A DNA stretch of 64,000 nt from an uncultured Gemmatimonadales bacterium (GTDB taxonomy: Bacteria; Gemmatimonadota; Gemmatimonadetes; Gemmatimonadales; GWC2-71-9): positions 2,550,735 through 2,614,734 of the forward strand of contig CAWJWG010000001.1 of the NCBI GenBank assembly GCA_963846545.1, read 5' to 3'. Shown here piece after piece: positions 17,596 to 27,556 of this stretch (position 1 is the stretch's first letter; every line of letters starts with the position of its first letter). Position numbers and translations under genes: made by a program. Under the pieces are notes generated by a model. It was not told the origin of the DNA, ran no database searches, and was given only the letters and a program-made list of their open reading frames with translations.

Positions 17596-18534
17596 TTGTT
17601 CGGCGACCACGGCGCGGCGGTCTGGCTCGGCTTCACCGGGCTGGTAGCCGCCCTCCTGATCCTCGATCTCGGGGTCCTGAACCGTCGGTCGCATGTGCTG
17701 TCGTTCAAGGAGGCGATGAGCTGGAGTATCGGGCTCATCGCCTTCGCGCATCTGTTCGGCCTGTTCATCCTCTGGCGCGAGGGACACGGCCCCGCGCTGG
17801 AGTATTACACCGGCTACTTGATCGAGCTCTCCCTCAGCGTCGACAATCTCTTCGTCTTCATCCTGATCTTCTCCTACTTCGGCGTCCCCGCCGAGGCGCA
17901 GCCGAAGGTGCTGAAATGGGGGATTCTGGGCGCGATCGTGATGCGCCTGTTGATGATCGCCCTCGGCGCGCTGCTGCTCGAGCGGTTCGAATGGATCATC
18001 TTCGTGTTCGGAGCGATCCTGATCATCACCGGGATCCGGATGGTGACCCAGAAGGACGAGGTGATGGACCTGGACCGGAACCCGGTGGTGAAGCTGGCCC
18101 GCCGAATTCTGCCGTTCAGCAACTACTACGACGGCACCAAGTTCTTCACCCGGAAGCGGTCGGGTAAGGCCCTCGCGACGCCGCTCTTCCTGGTGCTGAT
18201 CATCGTGGAGTGGTCGGATCTGGTGTTCGCGATCGACAGCATTCCGGCGATCTTCGCGATCACGCGGGACCCGTTCCTGGTCTACAGCTCGAACGTCTTC
18301 GCCATCCTGGGCCTGCGGGCGCTCTTCTTCGTGCTGGCGGGGATGATGGACAAGTTCGTCTACCTGAAGCCGGGCGTGGCGCTCATTCTCGTCTTCGTCG
18401 GGCTCAAGATGACGCTGACCCACTGGGTGCATATCTCGACCCTGGTGTCGCTGGCGGTCATCGTGCTCACCCTGATTGCAGCGGTCGGGCTCTCCCTGCG
18501 TCGGAGCGCGCGGGAGACGAGCCGGCCGGTGTAA
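17596..18534 (+). CDS. TerC/Alx-family integral membrane protein
   Basis: 312-aa ORF (TTG start directly after the htpX stop). LSVDNLFVFILIF and AIDSIPAIFAIT are TerC signature segments. Confidence 0.85.
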   Translation: MFGDHGAAVWLGFTGLVAALLILDLGVLNRRSHVLSFKEAMSWSIGLIAFAHLFGLFILWREGHGPALEYYTGYLIELSLSVDNLFVFILIFSYFGVPAEAQPKVLKWGILGAIVMRLLMIALGALLLERFEWIIFVFGAILIITGIRMVTQKDEVMDLDRNPVVKLARRILPFSNYYDGTKFFTRKRSGKALATPLFLVLIIVEWSDLVFAIDSIPAIFAITRDPFLVYSSNVFAILGLRALFFVLAGMMDKFVYLKPGVALILVFVGLKMTLTHWVHISTLVSLAVIVLTLIAAVGLSLRRSARETSRPV

Positions 18535-20212
18535 CGCTCGGCATTCCCCGCAGCTTCTCCAGCGCCTGAACGGCGGACTCATTCGCCGGATCGAGCGCTA
18601 CCGCCCGCTCGTAGCTCTGCATCGCCTCCTCCCGCTGTCCCGAGGCCAGGTACGCCTCGCCCAGACTGTCGAACGCATTCGAGCTGCCGGGATGATCCGC
18701 CGTGTTGAGCTGGAGCACGACCACCGCGTGGCCGTGCTTGCCCTGACGGAGCAGCTCGTAGCCCAGCGCGTTCAGCTCCAGCTCGGTGTCGGCGTAGGCA
18801 TGCCTGGGGTCGGACTTGTACTGCAGGTGCAGCTTGAGCGCGCCGGTGGAGTCGCCCGCGGTGAAGGCGTCGCGCATGCGCTCGGCCAGCGACGGCTCCT
18901 CCCGATAGGCGAAGACCTCGCGCATCGCCGGGTCCACGTGGTCACGGTATTCGCGCGAGGTCATGTCCGCGGCGACGGCCGGCCCCTTCCACTGCCGGGT
19001 GTCCAGCGGGTGGGTGCGCTGCCAGTAGAGGATCGACGCGCGTACGGTGATGCCGCTGTTGGGCAGGGTGATCCGGCGCGAGTCGCCATAGGAATTGGGC
19101 TTGCCCGCCGTCGGCTCGCCCACGAAGACCGCGTCGGTGTACGCCTCCAGGTCGTGCACCAGGAACTGCGCGGCGGAGAACGTGCTCCGGCCGATCAGCA
19201 CGAACAGCCGACCGGGGCCTTCCAGCTTGGGGGACCGGATGAGACTGAGGACCAGCGGCTGATTGAGGGTGCCGTCGCCGCCGCGGTTGAGGCGCAGGTC
19301 GAGCACCAACCGGTCCACGGTCCCGGAATCCACGAAGGCGCGGATCCGCGCGGCGAAGGCCTGGATCGTCTCCCTGGGCCCGTCACCGACCTTGTTGAAC
19401 TGCACGTAGGCCGTGCGGGTCTCCGCCAGGTACTCGAAGCGGAAGTTCTCCTTCGGATCGCCACGCAGCCAGATCGGCGTTCTCGGCCCGTCCACGCCGC
19501 GCATGTCCACCCACCCCGCCTCGGGGGCCCAGCTGACGTCGGTGTCGGAGGGCATCAGTGATGCCGGCCCGGCGGGCCGCAATACCGCCACGGTGCGCGC
19601 GCCCGCCTGCTCCAGGAGAAGAGGGGCGTTCTCCGGGTCGTCGATCGCACCGATCGCGTGCAGGATCTCGGGCATCGCCAGAAGAAACGGCGCGAAGAAC
19701 CGCGCGTTCATCTCATTGTCCCGGCCGATCAGCACGCGCACGGCCTCGTATGCCTGCATCGTGGTGAGCCGACCGATGCGCACGACCTTGGCCCCGACGA
19801 GGTCCGCCTGCTCGCGGCTCGCGCTCCGGACGAAGAGCCCGTCCTTGAAGAAGTAGAGCTTCACCGGATAGGTGCGGAACCCGATCTTGGGATCCCGCGT
19901 CGGCGCGACGTTGGTGTGGCCATCGCCCACGAGGGCGACGATGCGGGCGATCTCGACGATCACCTGATGCCGGGCCAGCGATGGAAGCTTCCGGTCGAGG
20001 GCCGCCAGTGCGCTGTCGAACTGCTCGCGGCGCATGGCGTGGAAGAGGTTCTTGTGCCGGCGCGGAAGCTCCCGGGCCAGGTAGGCGAGATCCTCTCGCC
20101 ATTGGCGCACGGTCGCGGTGTCGGCACGAGCCTGGGCGGGAGTCTGCGAATCGAGGCGCGTGCCGGAAAGGGCGAGCGAACCGACGAGCGCCAGAAGGAT
20201 CGGTGAAAACAT
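18467..20212 (-). CDS. S41-family peptidase with C-terminal TPR repeats
   Basis: ORF 18467..20431, trimmed to the ATG giving signal peptide MFSPILLALVGSLALSG. VLDLRLNRGGDG and GRSTFSAAQ are S41-like. TPR-like C-terminus (AFDSLGEAYLASGQREEAMQSYERAVALDP). Confidence 0.8.
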   Translation of the reverse strand: MFSPILLALVGSLALSGTRLDSQTPAQARADTATVRQWREDLAYLARELPRRHKNLFHAMRREQFDSALAALDRKLPSLARHQVIVEIARIVALVGDGHTNVAPTRDPKIGFRTYPVKLYFFKDGLFVRSASREQADLVGAKVVRIGRLTTMQAYEAVRVLIGRDNEMNARFFAPFLLAMPEILHAIGAIDDPENAPLLLEQAGARTVAVLRPAGPASLMPSDTDVSWAPEAGWVDMRGVDGPRTPIWLRGDPKENFRFEYLAETRTAYVQFNKVGDGPRETIQAFAARIRAFVDSGTVDRLVLDLRLNRGGDGTLNQPLVLSLIRSPKLEGPGRLFVLIGRSTFSAAQFLVHDLEAYTDAVFVGEPTAGKPNSYGDSRRITLPNSGITVRASILYWQRTHPLDTRQWKGPAVAADMTSREYRDHVDPAMREVFAYREEPSLAERMRDAFTAGDSTGALKLHLQYKSDPRHAYADTELELNALGYELLRQGKHGHAVVVLQLNTADHPGSSNAFDSLGEAYLASGQREEAMQSYERAVALDPANESAVQALEKLRGMPSVTPAGSSPARSDAGRARPLQSG

Positions 20213-20327
20213 CGGCGCACCTGGTGCGAGTGGCGGAGTCCGGGAGGCGAGCGGAGTTCTCGCGGTTGGACAACCCACCGGCTGAAAAGGTTGCCAGCGT
20301 ACGCCGCGAGCCCGATCTTCTCCCGCT

Positions 20328-21686
20328 ATGTCTCGACAATCCTTGCTCGACCGGCTGGGCCTCGGCCGTCCGGAGCTGCGGGCCTGGGCCATGTACGACT
20401 GGGCAGCCTCGTCCGTCCAGACGACGATCATGGTCGCGGTGTTTCCGATCTACTTCGTCAAAGTGGCGGGCGCGGGCGTCGCGGAAGGCGGTGCGACCCA
20501 GCGACTCGCGACGATCAACTCGATCGCGCTGGTCGTGATCGCGCTGGTCTCCCCGCTACTCGGCGCCATATCCGACTATCGGGCGGCCAAAAAACGCTTC
20601 ACGGCGATTTTCATGGCGATCGGCGTCATCGCATGCTGCGCGCTGTTTTTCGTGCATACCGGCGATCTGGACCTCGCGTCCTGGCTCTTCATCCTGATCA
20701 TGGTGGGGGTGGCGGGCAGCTACGTGTTCTACGAGGCGCTGCTGCCACACATCGCCGCGCCGGGCGAGATCGACAGGGTCTCGACCGCCGGCTACGCGAT
20801 CGGGTATCTGGGCGGTGGGGTGCTGCTGGCGCTCAACCTGGCATGGATTCAGATGCCGGGACTCTTCGGGCTCCCGTCCGGCCCCGGCCTCACCGAGAGC
20901 GACGCTACCCTCCCGGCCCGGCTGGCCTTCCTCTCGGTGGCGATCTGGTGGGCGGTATTCTCGATTCCGCTGTTCCGGAAGGTGTCCGAGCCTCCCGCGC
21001 GGCTCGAGACCGACGAGCGGCGGGGGGAGAACCCGGTCCGGGGAGCGTTCGCGCGGCTGGGGGAGACCTTTCGCGAGCTCAAGAGCTACCGGCAGGCCTT
21101 CGTCATGCTGCTCGCCTTCCTCATCTACAACGACGGCATCCAGACCATCATCAAGATGGCGACCGCGTACGGGACCGAGATCGGCATCGGCCAGAGCGCG
21201 CTCATCGGCGCGATTCTGCTGGTGCAGTTCGTCGGCATTCCCTGCACCTTCCTGTTCGGCAGCGTCGCCGCACGGATCGGGACCAAGCCGTCGCTGTTCC
21301 TCGGGCTCGTCGCCTATACGATCATCAGCATTCTCGGCTACTACATGACCAACGCCACCCACTTCTACATTCTGGCGGGTCTGGTCGGCATCGTCCAAGG
21401 CGGGACCCAGGCACTGAGCCGGAGCCTCTTCGCCAGCATGATCCCGCAGCACAAGTCAGGCGAGTTTTTCGGTTTCTGGAGCATCTTCGAGAAATTCGCC
21501 GGCATCTTCGGCCCCCTCATCTTCGCGGGCACGATCGCCGCGACCGGGTCGAGCCGGAACGCGATCCTCTCGGTGATCGGCTTCTTCGCGGTGGGAGCGG
21601 CGCTGCTGGCGATGGTGGACGTGGAGGAGGGGCAGCGGGCGGCACGGGAGGTCGAGCGGGAGACGACAGGCGTGGTACCGAGTTGA
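20328..21686 (+). CDS. MFS transporter, UMF1/Atg22-like family
   Basis: 452-aa polytopic ORF with an N-terminus LRAWAMYDWAASSVQTTIMVAVFPIYF, typical of the Atg22-like MFS family. Confidence 0.8.
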   Translation: MSRQSLLDRLGLGRPELRAWAMYDWAASSVQTTIMVAVFPIYFVKVAGAGVAEGGATQRLATINSIALVVIALVSPLLGAISDYRAAKKRFTAIFMAIGVIACCALFFVHTGDLDLASWLFILIMVGVAGSYVFYEALLPHIAAPGEIDRVSTAGYAIGYLGGGVLLALNLAWIQMPGLFGLPSGPGLTESDATLPARLAFLSVAIWWAVFSIPLFRKVSEPPARLETDERRGENPVRGAFARLGETFRELKSYRQAFVMLLAFLIYNDGIQTIIKMATAYGTEIGIGQSALIGAILLVQFVGIPCTFLFGSVAARIGTKPSLFLGLVAYTIISILGYYMTNATHFYILAGLVGIVQGGTQALSRSLFASMIPQHKSGEFFGFWSIFEKFAGIFGPLIFAGTIAATGSSRNAILSVIGFFAVGAALLAMVDVEEGQRAAREVERETTGVVPS

Positions 21687-21689
21687 GCG

Positions 21690-22322
21690 TCAGTCCGCCG
21701 GACCATCCTGCCCGGTCCCGCATCGGACGGTGATCACCACGCGGACGCTCTTGCCGGGCACGACGGTGTACGGCTGCGGGTTGCCGCCCTGCACATCACA
21801 GAAATCCGCGACATCCTTGAGGGTGATGAGATGGAGTCCGGGAGCCAGGCCCTCGTAGGCCTCCTCCGCGTCCACCGGGATGGTCCTGAGATCGGTTCCC
21901 GCCACTGAAAGCTGGTAGCCGTCCTCATCCACCAGCGGTCCGTCGGAAATCACCACGACGCGGAATCCACCGGTCGTGGGCGGCACGCACACGACAGTGA
22001 AGGTGATCTCGGTCAGGTCACCGCCGCGCACGTTGACCGAGCGCGGGCTGGTGCTGCCACTCACGGCGCAGTTGTCGGCCAGCGCGAAGAGGTGGACGAC
22101 GTGCGGCCCTTCGGTCACGGCGTCGTAGATCGCGGAGCCGTTGGCGGTCACACTCTGCGGCCGCTCGCCGTCGAGCGTGAGGAGATACTCCTCGGTCTGG
22201 GGCTCGGAGCCGTTGGTGCTGACCGTGATGCGGATGCGGCCGTCGGTGCCCGTATCGGTAGACGAGCCGCAGCCGAGCGAGGCGGCGAGAAGGAGCAGGG
22301 CGAGCGGCCGGGGTGCGCGCAT
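21690..22322 (-). CDS. Lipoprotein with two tandem repeats of about 85 aa, each carrying a Cys pair
   Basis: 210-aa ORF with lipobox LLAASLGCGS. The two repeats are RIRITVSTNG..NCAV..FTVVC and FRVVVISDG..FCDV..ITVRC. Confidence 0.6.
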   Translation of the reverse strand: MRAPRPLALLLLAASLGCGSSTDTGTDGRIRITVSTNGSEPQTEEYLLTLDGERPQSVTANGSAIYDAVTEGPHVVHLFALADNCAVSGSTSPRSVNVRGGDLTEITFTVVCVPPTTGGFRVVVISDGPLVDEDGYQLSVAGTDLRTIPVDAEEAYEGLAPGLHLITLKDVADFCDVQGGNPQPYTVVPGKSVRVVITVRCGTGQDGPAD

Positions 22323-22498
22323 GATGCCTCAGAGTTAGAGATCGGTCCCGCCCACGTCAAGCAGTGGCCCTTGCCCGTCCCCCCGCCCCCACCATACGTT
22401 AGACGCATGACTCCCTGCATGACCGCACTCATGAAGCGCCGCACACGCGGCGGGCGCCAACCGGCTTAGGGACGTCACGACCATCCTTTGACCTGGAA

Positions 22499-22526
22499 GC
22501 CCCGCCGTGCCAAGTGCCGGCGGGGC
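22499..22526 (+). promoter_or_regulatory. Stable hairpin immediately upstream of the DAP operon start
   Basis: GCCCCGCCG (22499-507) pairs with CGGCGGGGC (22518-26), a 9-bp all-Watson-Crick stem with a 10-nt loop, followed by GTTTGCATTC and then ATG 22537. Confidence 0.4.
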
Positions 22527-22536
22527 GTTTGCATTC

Positions 22537-23541
22537 ATGGACGTCCTCGAGCTGACGCGCGCCCTCGTGGCGCTGGAGACCCCGACCGGAGCGGAGCAGC
22601 CGGCCATCGAGTTTCTCGACGGCGCGCTCCGCCGTGCGGGCTACCGCACCGAGCGGCAGCGGGTCTCCCCCGGCCGGGACAACCTCTACGCCTACCGCGA
22701 GGCGCCCGAGGTCGTGTTCTCGACTCACGTGGATACGGTGCCGCCTCACGTCCCGCTCGCCGAGGATGCCGCGGCGATCCACGGCCGTGGCAGCTGCGAC
22801 GCCAAGGGTCTTGCCGCGGCCATGGTGGCGGCGGCCGAGCGCCTGGCCGCGGCGGGCGAGCGGCGGGTCGGGCTGCTCTTCCTGGTGGGGGAGGAGAACG
22901 GCTCCGACGGGGCGAAGGCGGCCGCGGACTTGGAGCCACGGGGCCGCTTTCTGATCAACGGCGAGCCGACCGAGAATCGGCTCTCGATCGGGCAGAAGGG
23001 CACGCTGCGCGTCGATCTGTCGGCCGTGGGCCGGGCGGCGCATTCCGCCTATCCGGACCAGGGCGTGAGCGCGATCGCGGCGCTGCTCGACACGATCGAG
23101 CGGATCCGGCGCCTGCCGCTGCCCCGCGACCCACTGCTCGGCCCGTCCACGCTGAACCTGGGTCTCATCTCGGGCGGCGTCGCGCCGAACGTGATTCCGC
23201 CGCACGCTTCGGCTCAGCTGCTGGTCCGCACGGTCGAGCCCACCGGTGCTCTGATGGCGGCGATCGGGGAGCAGCTCGCGCCGGGTGTCACGGTGGCATT
23301 CCCCGTGGAGCTCCCGTTCCACAAGGGAGGTGCCGCGCCCCCGGGATGGGAGACGGTGGTCGTCAGCTACGCCAGCGACCTCCCGTTCCTCGCCTCGTGG
23401 GGCGAGGGATATCAGCTCGGGCCCGGCTCGATCCTCCTGGCCCACACGGCGGAGGAGCACATCCTCAAGACCGATCTCCTGCGCGGCGTGGATCTCTACG
23501 TCCGCCTGGCCACCGACCTGCTCGCCCGCGAGGCGTCATGA
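22537..23541 (+). CDS. M20-family metallopeptidase (DapE/ArgE-like; probable succinyl-DAP desuccinylase by context)
   Basis: ORF 22507..23541, trimmed to ATG (MDVLELTRALVALETPTG). STHVDTV, GRGSCDAKG and VGEENGSDGA are metal-site motifs. The stop overlaps the asd start. Confidence 0.75.
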   Translation: MDVLELTRALVALETPTGAEQPAIEFLDGALRRAGYRTERQRVSPGRDNLYAYREAPEVVFSTHVDTVPPHVPLAEDAAAIHGRGSCDAKGLAAAMVAAAERLAAAGERRVGLLFLVGEENGSDGAKAAADLEPRGRFLINGEPTENRLSIGQKGTLRVDLSAVGRAAHSAYPDQGVSAIAALLDTIERIRRLPLPRDPLLGPSTLNLGLISGGVAPNVIPPHASAQLLVRTVEPTGALMAAIGEQLAPGVTVAFPVELPFHKGGAAPPGWETVVVSYASDLPFLASWGEGYQLGPGSILLAHTAEEHILKTDLLRGVDLYVRLATDLLAREAS

Positions 23542-24599
23542 GCGCGAAGATCCCCGTCTGCATCCTCGGCGCCACCGGCACGGTGGGGCAGAAGTTCGTC
23601 CGGTTGCTGGCGGATCACCCCTGGTTCGAGGTCGCCGCCGTCGCAGCTTCCGCGGCCAGCGCTGGGAAGCGCTATGGCGACGTGGTCCGCTGGCGCGAAC
23701 AGTCGGAGCTGCCGCCCGCGATCGGCGACCTGACCGTCCGCGCGTGCGCCACTCCCTTGCCGGGTGCGGTCGCCTTCTCCGCGCTCGACGCCGAGATCGC
23801 CGGTCCGATCGAGCAGGCGTTCGCGAAGGCGGGTGCGTTCGTCGTGACCAACACGCGCACCCATCGGATGGAGCCGGACGTCCCGCTGCTCATCCCCGAG
23901 GCCAACGCCGACCATCTGGTGCTGATCGATCGGCAGCGGAAGGGGCGGGGCTGGACCGGCGCGATCCTCGCGAACCCGAACTGCTCGACCGCGGCGCTCG
24001 CGCTGGCGCTGGCGCCGCTGCACCAGGCGTTCGGCATCGAAAAGCTGTTCGTGTCGACGATGCAGGCCGTCTCGGGCGCCGGCTATCCCGGCGTGCCGTC
24101 GCTGGACGCGATCGGCAACGTCATCCCGCACATCGGGGGTGAAGAGGAGAAGATCGAGCGCGAGAGCCGGAAGATCCTCGGCGCGCTCGGCCCCGACGGC
24201 GTGGAGCCCGCCGGGTTCGCGGTCAGTGCGCACACCAACCGCGTGGCGGTGGTGGATGGCCACCTCGAGGCGGTGTCGATCGGCTTCCGCCGGCGTGTGC
24301 TGCCGGAGGAAGCGATCGCGGTGCTGCGCGAGTTCCGGGGCTCGCCCTGCGTCGCCGGACTCCCCTCGTCGCCCAACCCGCCGGTCGAGGTGGATACGCG
24401 GCCCGACCGTCCCCAACCGCGCCTCGACCTCGAGCGCGGCCGCGGCATGGCGGTCACCGTAGGGCGTGTCCGGCCCTGCCCCATCCTGGATCTCCGGCTC
24501 GTGCTCCTGGGGCACAACACGATCCGGGGCGCCGCGGGACAGGCGGTGCAGATCGCCGAGCTGCTGGTCGCCGACGGGCGCCTGGGGCCGCGCGCGTGA
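23538..24599 (+). CDS. asd: Aspartate-semialdehyde dehydrogenase
   Basis: ATG 23538, in frame with ORF 22488..24599. ILGATGTVGQ, active-site NPNCSTAAL and HTNRVAVVDGH. Confidence 0.9.
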   Translation: MSAKIPVCILGATGTVGQKFVRLLADHPWFEVAAVAASAASAGKRYGDVVRWREQSELPPAIGDLTVRACATPLPGAVAFSALDAEIAGPIEQAFAKAGAFVVTNTRTHRMEPDVPLLIPEANADHLVLIDRQRKGRGWTGAILANPNCSTAALALALAPLHQAFGIEKLFVSTMQAVSGAGYPGVPSLDAIGNVIPHIGGEEEKIERESRKILGALGPDGVEPAGFAVSAHTNRVAVVDGHLEAVSIGFRRRVLPEEAIAVLREFRGSPCVAGLPSSPNPPVEVDTRPDRPQPRLDLERGRGMAVTVGRVRPCPILDLRLVLLGHNTIRGAAGQAVQIAELLVADGRLGPRA

Positions 24600-25948
24600 T
24601 CGTCTGCAAGTTCGGCGGTACGTCGGTGGCGGACGCGGCGGCGATCCGCCGTCTCGTCGACATCGTCAGTACCCGTGTCGAAGAGCGGCCGCTCGTGGTC
24701 GTGTCGGCGCTCGCGGGCGTCACCGACGCCCTGCTGGGCCTCGCGGTCGCGGCCCATCGCGGCGACGCCGCTGTCCTCACGGCGGCGCTCGACGCGCTCC
24801 GCCGCCGGCACGAGAGCGTGGCCGGAGAGCTCCCCGGCGGCAACGAGGCCCAGCCGGCGATCGACGAGGACTTCGACGCGCTCGGCGAATCCCTGTCCGC
24901 CGCCCTGGGACGCCGGCTCCGACCGGTGGAGATGGATCACCTGGCCGGGCTCGGCGAGCTCTGGAGCTCTCGTCTCGTGGCCGCCGCCATGGCCGGCGCC
25001 GGACTCGAGCCGGCGTGGGTGGACATCCGGCCGATCCTGGTGACCGACGACCGCTTCGGCCGGGCCACTCCCTACACGCAGGTCGTCAACAACCGGGCGC
25101 GCGAGTGTCTCCGTCCGCTGCTCGAGGCGGGATCGGTGCCGGTGACCCAGGGCTTCGTCGGCGCTACGGCCGACGGTGTCCCGACCACGCTCGGCCGCGG
25201 CGGCTCCGACTTCACCGCGGCGCTCCTCGGCGCCGCCCTCGGCGCCACCAGGGTGGAGATCTGGACCGACGTCGACGGACTGATGACGGCCGATCCGCGC
25301 ATCGTGCCGTCGGCGCGGACGCTGTCCGCCGCGAGCTACGAGGAGGCGGCGGAGCTCGCCACGTTCGGTGCCAAGGTGCTCCATCCGGCCACCGCGATGC
25401 CACTGGTGCGGGCCGGCATTCCAATCGTGGTGCTCAACTCGAGCCGGCCTTCGCTGCCGGGCACCACCATCGAGCCGGTGGCGGAGCTGGAGCGGATGGG
25501 AGACTCACCGATCCGCTCGATCTCCTGGAAGCGCGGAATCACGGTGATCAACGTGCGCGCGCCGCGCATGCTCGGCACCTATGGCTTCCTGCGGGCGATG
25601 TTCGAGGTGTTCGAGCGCCATGAGGTGGTGGTGGATGTCCTCGCCAGCGGAGAGGTCAGCGTGTCGCTCACGGTGGAGGACCGCTCACGCCTCGACCCCG
25701 TGATCCGGGAGCTGTCCGACCTGGGCGAGGTGTGGACCGACGATGGTCGGGCGATCGTCGCGGTGGTGGGCATCGGGCTCCGCGGCACGCCGGGCCTCGC
25801 GTCGCGGATCTTTCGCGCGGTTCAGCCGGCCAACGTCGAAGTCATCTCGCAGGGCGCCTCCGCCATCAACATGACGTTCGTCGTGCGCGAGGACGATGGG
25901 CCGGACGTGGTGCGCCGGTTGCACGCCGAATTCTTCGGCGCGGCCTGA
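24596..25948 (+). CDS. lysC: Aspartate kinase
   Basis: 450-aa ORF (GTG overlapping the asd stop) with VCKFGGTSV, LGRGGSD and a C-terminal ACT-like region. Confidence 0.9.
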   Translation: MIVCKFGGTSVADAAAIRRLVDIVSTRVEERPLVVVSALAGVTDALLGLAVAAHRGDAAVLTAALDALRRRHESVAGELPGGNEAQPAIDEDFDALGESLSAALGRRLRPVEMDHLAGLGELWSSRLVAAAMAGAGLEPAWVDIRPILVTDDRFGRATPYTQVVNNRARECLRPLLEAGSVPVTQGFVGATADGVPTTLGRGGSDFTAALLGAALGATRVEIWTDVDGLMTADPRIVPSARTLSAASYEEAAELATFGAKVLHPATAMPLVRAGIPIVVLNSSRPSLPGTTIEPVAELERMGDSPIRSISWKRGITVINVRAPRMLGTYGFLRAMFEVFERHEVVVDVLASGEVSVSLTVEDRSRLDPVIRELSDLGEVWTDDGRAIVAVVGIGLRGTPGLASRIFRAVQPANVEVISQGASAINMTFVVREDDGPDVVRRLHAEFFGAA

Positions 25949-25976
25949 CGCGCTGCCGGCCTCCGCGCAATCCATC

Positions 25977-26675
25977 ATGCGGCTCGCGATCGTAGGCGAC
26001 GGCAGGATGGGTCAGGCCGTGGCGGCCCTGGCTGTCGAGCGGGGCCATGTGGTGCACGCCGTGATCGGCCGGCGGGACAACCCGAATGGCGAGGCGCTCA
26101 CCCGGGAGCGACTCGCCGGCGTGGACGTCGCGATCGAGTTCACCAGGCCGGACGCGGTGGTCACGAACCTCCAGCGGCTGATCGAGGCCGGCATCCCCAC
26201 CGTCACCGGGACGACGGGTTGGAGCGACGAGCTGCCCCGTATCTCGGGGCTGGTCGCGGAGCGGCGGGGTGCGCTGCTGCACGCGGCCAACTTTTCGGTG
26301 GCGATGCAGCTTTTCCTCCGGACGGCACGCGACCTCGCGACCCGGTTCGCGACGCACCCTGACTTCGACGCCTTTATACTGGAGGAGCATCACGCGGCGA
26401 AAGTGGATGCGCCGTCCGGCACCGCGGCCGAGCTGCGCGCGCGCCTCAGGGACGCAGATCCGGGCCGCAACTATCCCATCACCTCGGTGCGCGCAGGCTC
26501 CATCCCCGGCACGCACACGGTGACCTACGACGGCCCGCACGACACCGTCACCTTGCGGCACCTCGCGCGGAGCCGGCGTGGCTTCGCCGCCGGCGCCCTG
26601 GCGGCGGCGGAATGGTTGCCGGGCCGCATCGGGGTGTACGACTTCGAGGCGATGCTCTTTGGAGGGACCGGATGA
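25977..26675 (+). CDS. dapB: 4-hydroxy-tetrahydrodipicolinate reductase
   Basis: ORF 25896..26675, trimmed to ATG (MRLAIVGDGRMG). EEHHAAKVDAPSGTA motif. Confidence 0.9.
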   Translation: MRLAIVGDGRMGQAVAALAVERGHVVHAVIGRRDNPNGEALTRERLAGVDVAIEFTRPDAVVTNLQRLIEAGIPTVTGTTGWSDELPRISGLVAERRGALLHAANFSVAMQLFLRTARDLATRFATHPDFDAFILEEHHAAKVDAPSGTAAELRARLRDADPGRNYPITSVRAGSIPGTHTVTYDGPHDTVTLRHLARSRRGFAAGALAAAEWLPGRIGVYDFEAMLFGGTG

Positions 26676-27556
26676 GACGCCTGCAGGGATGCGGGACGGC
26701 GCTGGTCACCCCGTTCACCGACCGCGGCGAGGTGGACTACCCCGCCCTGCGCGCATTGGTGGAATGGCAGATCGCCGAACAGATCGACTTTCTCGTTCCC
26801 TGCGGCTCGACCGGCGAGGCGCAGACGATGGACGACACCGAGCGGGAGCGGGTGGTCGCTACGGTGATCGAGACCGCCTCGGGCCGCACCCCCGTGATGG
26901 CCGGCGCGAGCAGCAACGACACGGCCCGGGCCGTTGCCGAAGTCAGGCGAATGTGCAAGCTGGGCGCCGACTACATCCTCACCGCCACGCCGTATTACAA
27001 CAAGCCCACGCAGGGCGGGCTCTTCCGCCATTTCACCGCGATCGCCGACGCCTCCACCGCCCCGATCTGTCTCTACAACGTGCCGGGCCGCACGGCGGTG
27101 AACCTCCAGCCGTCGGTGGCGCTGCAGCTCGCCGAGCATCCGAACATCACCGGCATCAAGGAGGCGAGCGGGGATCTCGCGCAGGTGATGCAGATCCTGC
27201 GTGGCCGCCCCGACCGATTCGCCGTGCTCTCGGGCGATGACTGGCTCGCGCTCCCGGTCCTGGCCGCGGGTGGCGACGGACTTGTCTCGGTGGCCTCCAA
27301 CGAGATGCCCGGTCCGATGCGGGCATTGGTGCACCTGATGCTCGCCGGTGAAGTCGCGAAGGCTCGCGAGTGGCACTACCGGCTCCTCCCGCTCATGGAC
27401 GCCAACTTCCTGGAGACCAATCCGGCGCCGGTGAAGGCCGCACTCGCCCTGACGGGCCGCATCCGCAACGTGCTCCGCCTGCCGCTGGTGCCGGTCACCG
27501 AGAAGACCCGGGCGACACTGGCGACGACGCTCAAGGAGCTGGGAGTCGAGTTCTAG
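26672..27556 (+). CDS. dapA: 4-hydroxy-tetrahydrodipicolinate synthase
   Basis: ORF 26612..27556, trimmed to the ATG overlapping the dapB stop. TALVTPF, CGSTGE, YNVPGRT and the GIKEASG Schiff-base Lys region. Confidence 0.9.
   Translation: MRRLQGCGTALVTPFTDRGEVDYPALRALVEWQIAEQIDFLVPCGSTGEAQTMDDTERERVVATVIETASGRTPVMAGASSNDTARAVAEVRRMCKLGADYILTATPYYNKPTQGGLFRHFTAIADASTAPICLYNVPGRTAVNLQPSVALQLAEHPNITGIKEASGDLAQVMQILRGRPDRFAVLSGDDWLALPVLAAGGDGLVSVASNEMPGPMRALVHLMLAGEVAKAREWHYRLLPLMDANFLETNPAPVKAALALTGRIRNVLRLPLVPVTEKTRATLATTLKELGVEF

Noticed and set aside
18467-18534. 68-nt convergent overlap of terC and the S41 peptidase gene (similar 17-44 nt overlaps at 28824-40, 34354-91 and 52355-98)
   Set aside because: Late stop codons are common at this GC content. 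The overlapped tails are low-complexity, and nothing suggests functional antisense regulation.
16072-18582. 836-aa open frame on the minus strand spanning the moeA-htpX spacer, htpX and terC
   Set aside because: It is antisense to two genes with clear family motifs and shares their third codon positions. Its translation is Pro/Arg/Ala/His/Glu-rich shadow sequence, and it would have to include the moeA terminator. It is a typical high-GC shadow ORF.
22323-22536. Lysine (L-box) riboswitch upstream of the DAP operon
   Set aside because: The spacer is long enough, but I could not find the conserved AGAGGNGC or GG..GAG..GCCGAAG-type segments or a five-helix layout. I saw only one strong hairpin. 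A cmsearch is needed to be certain.
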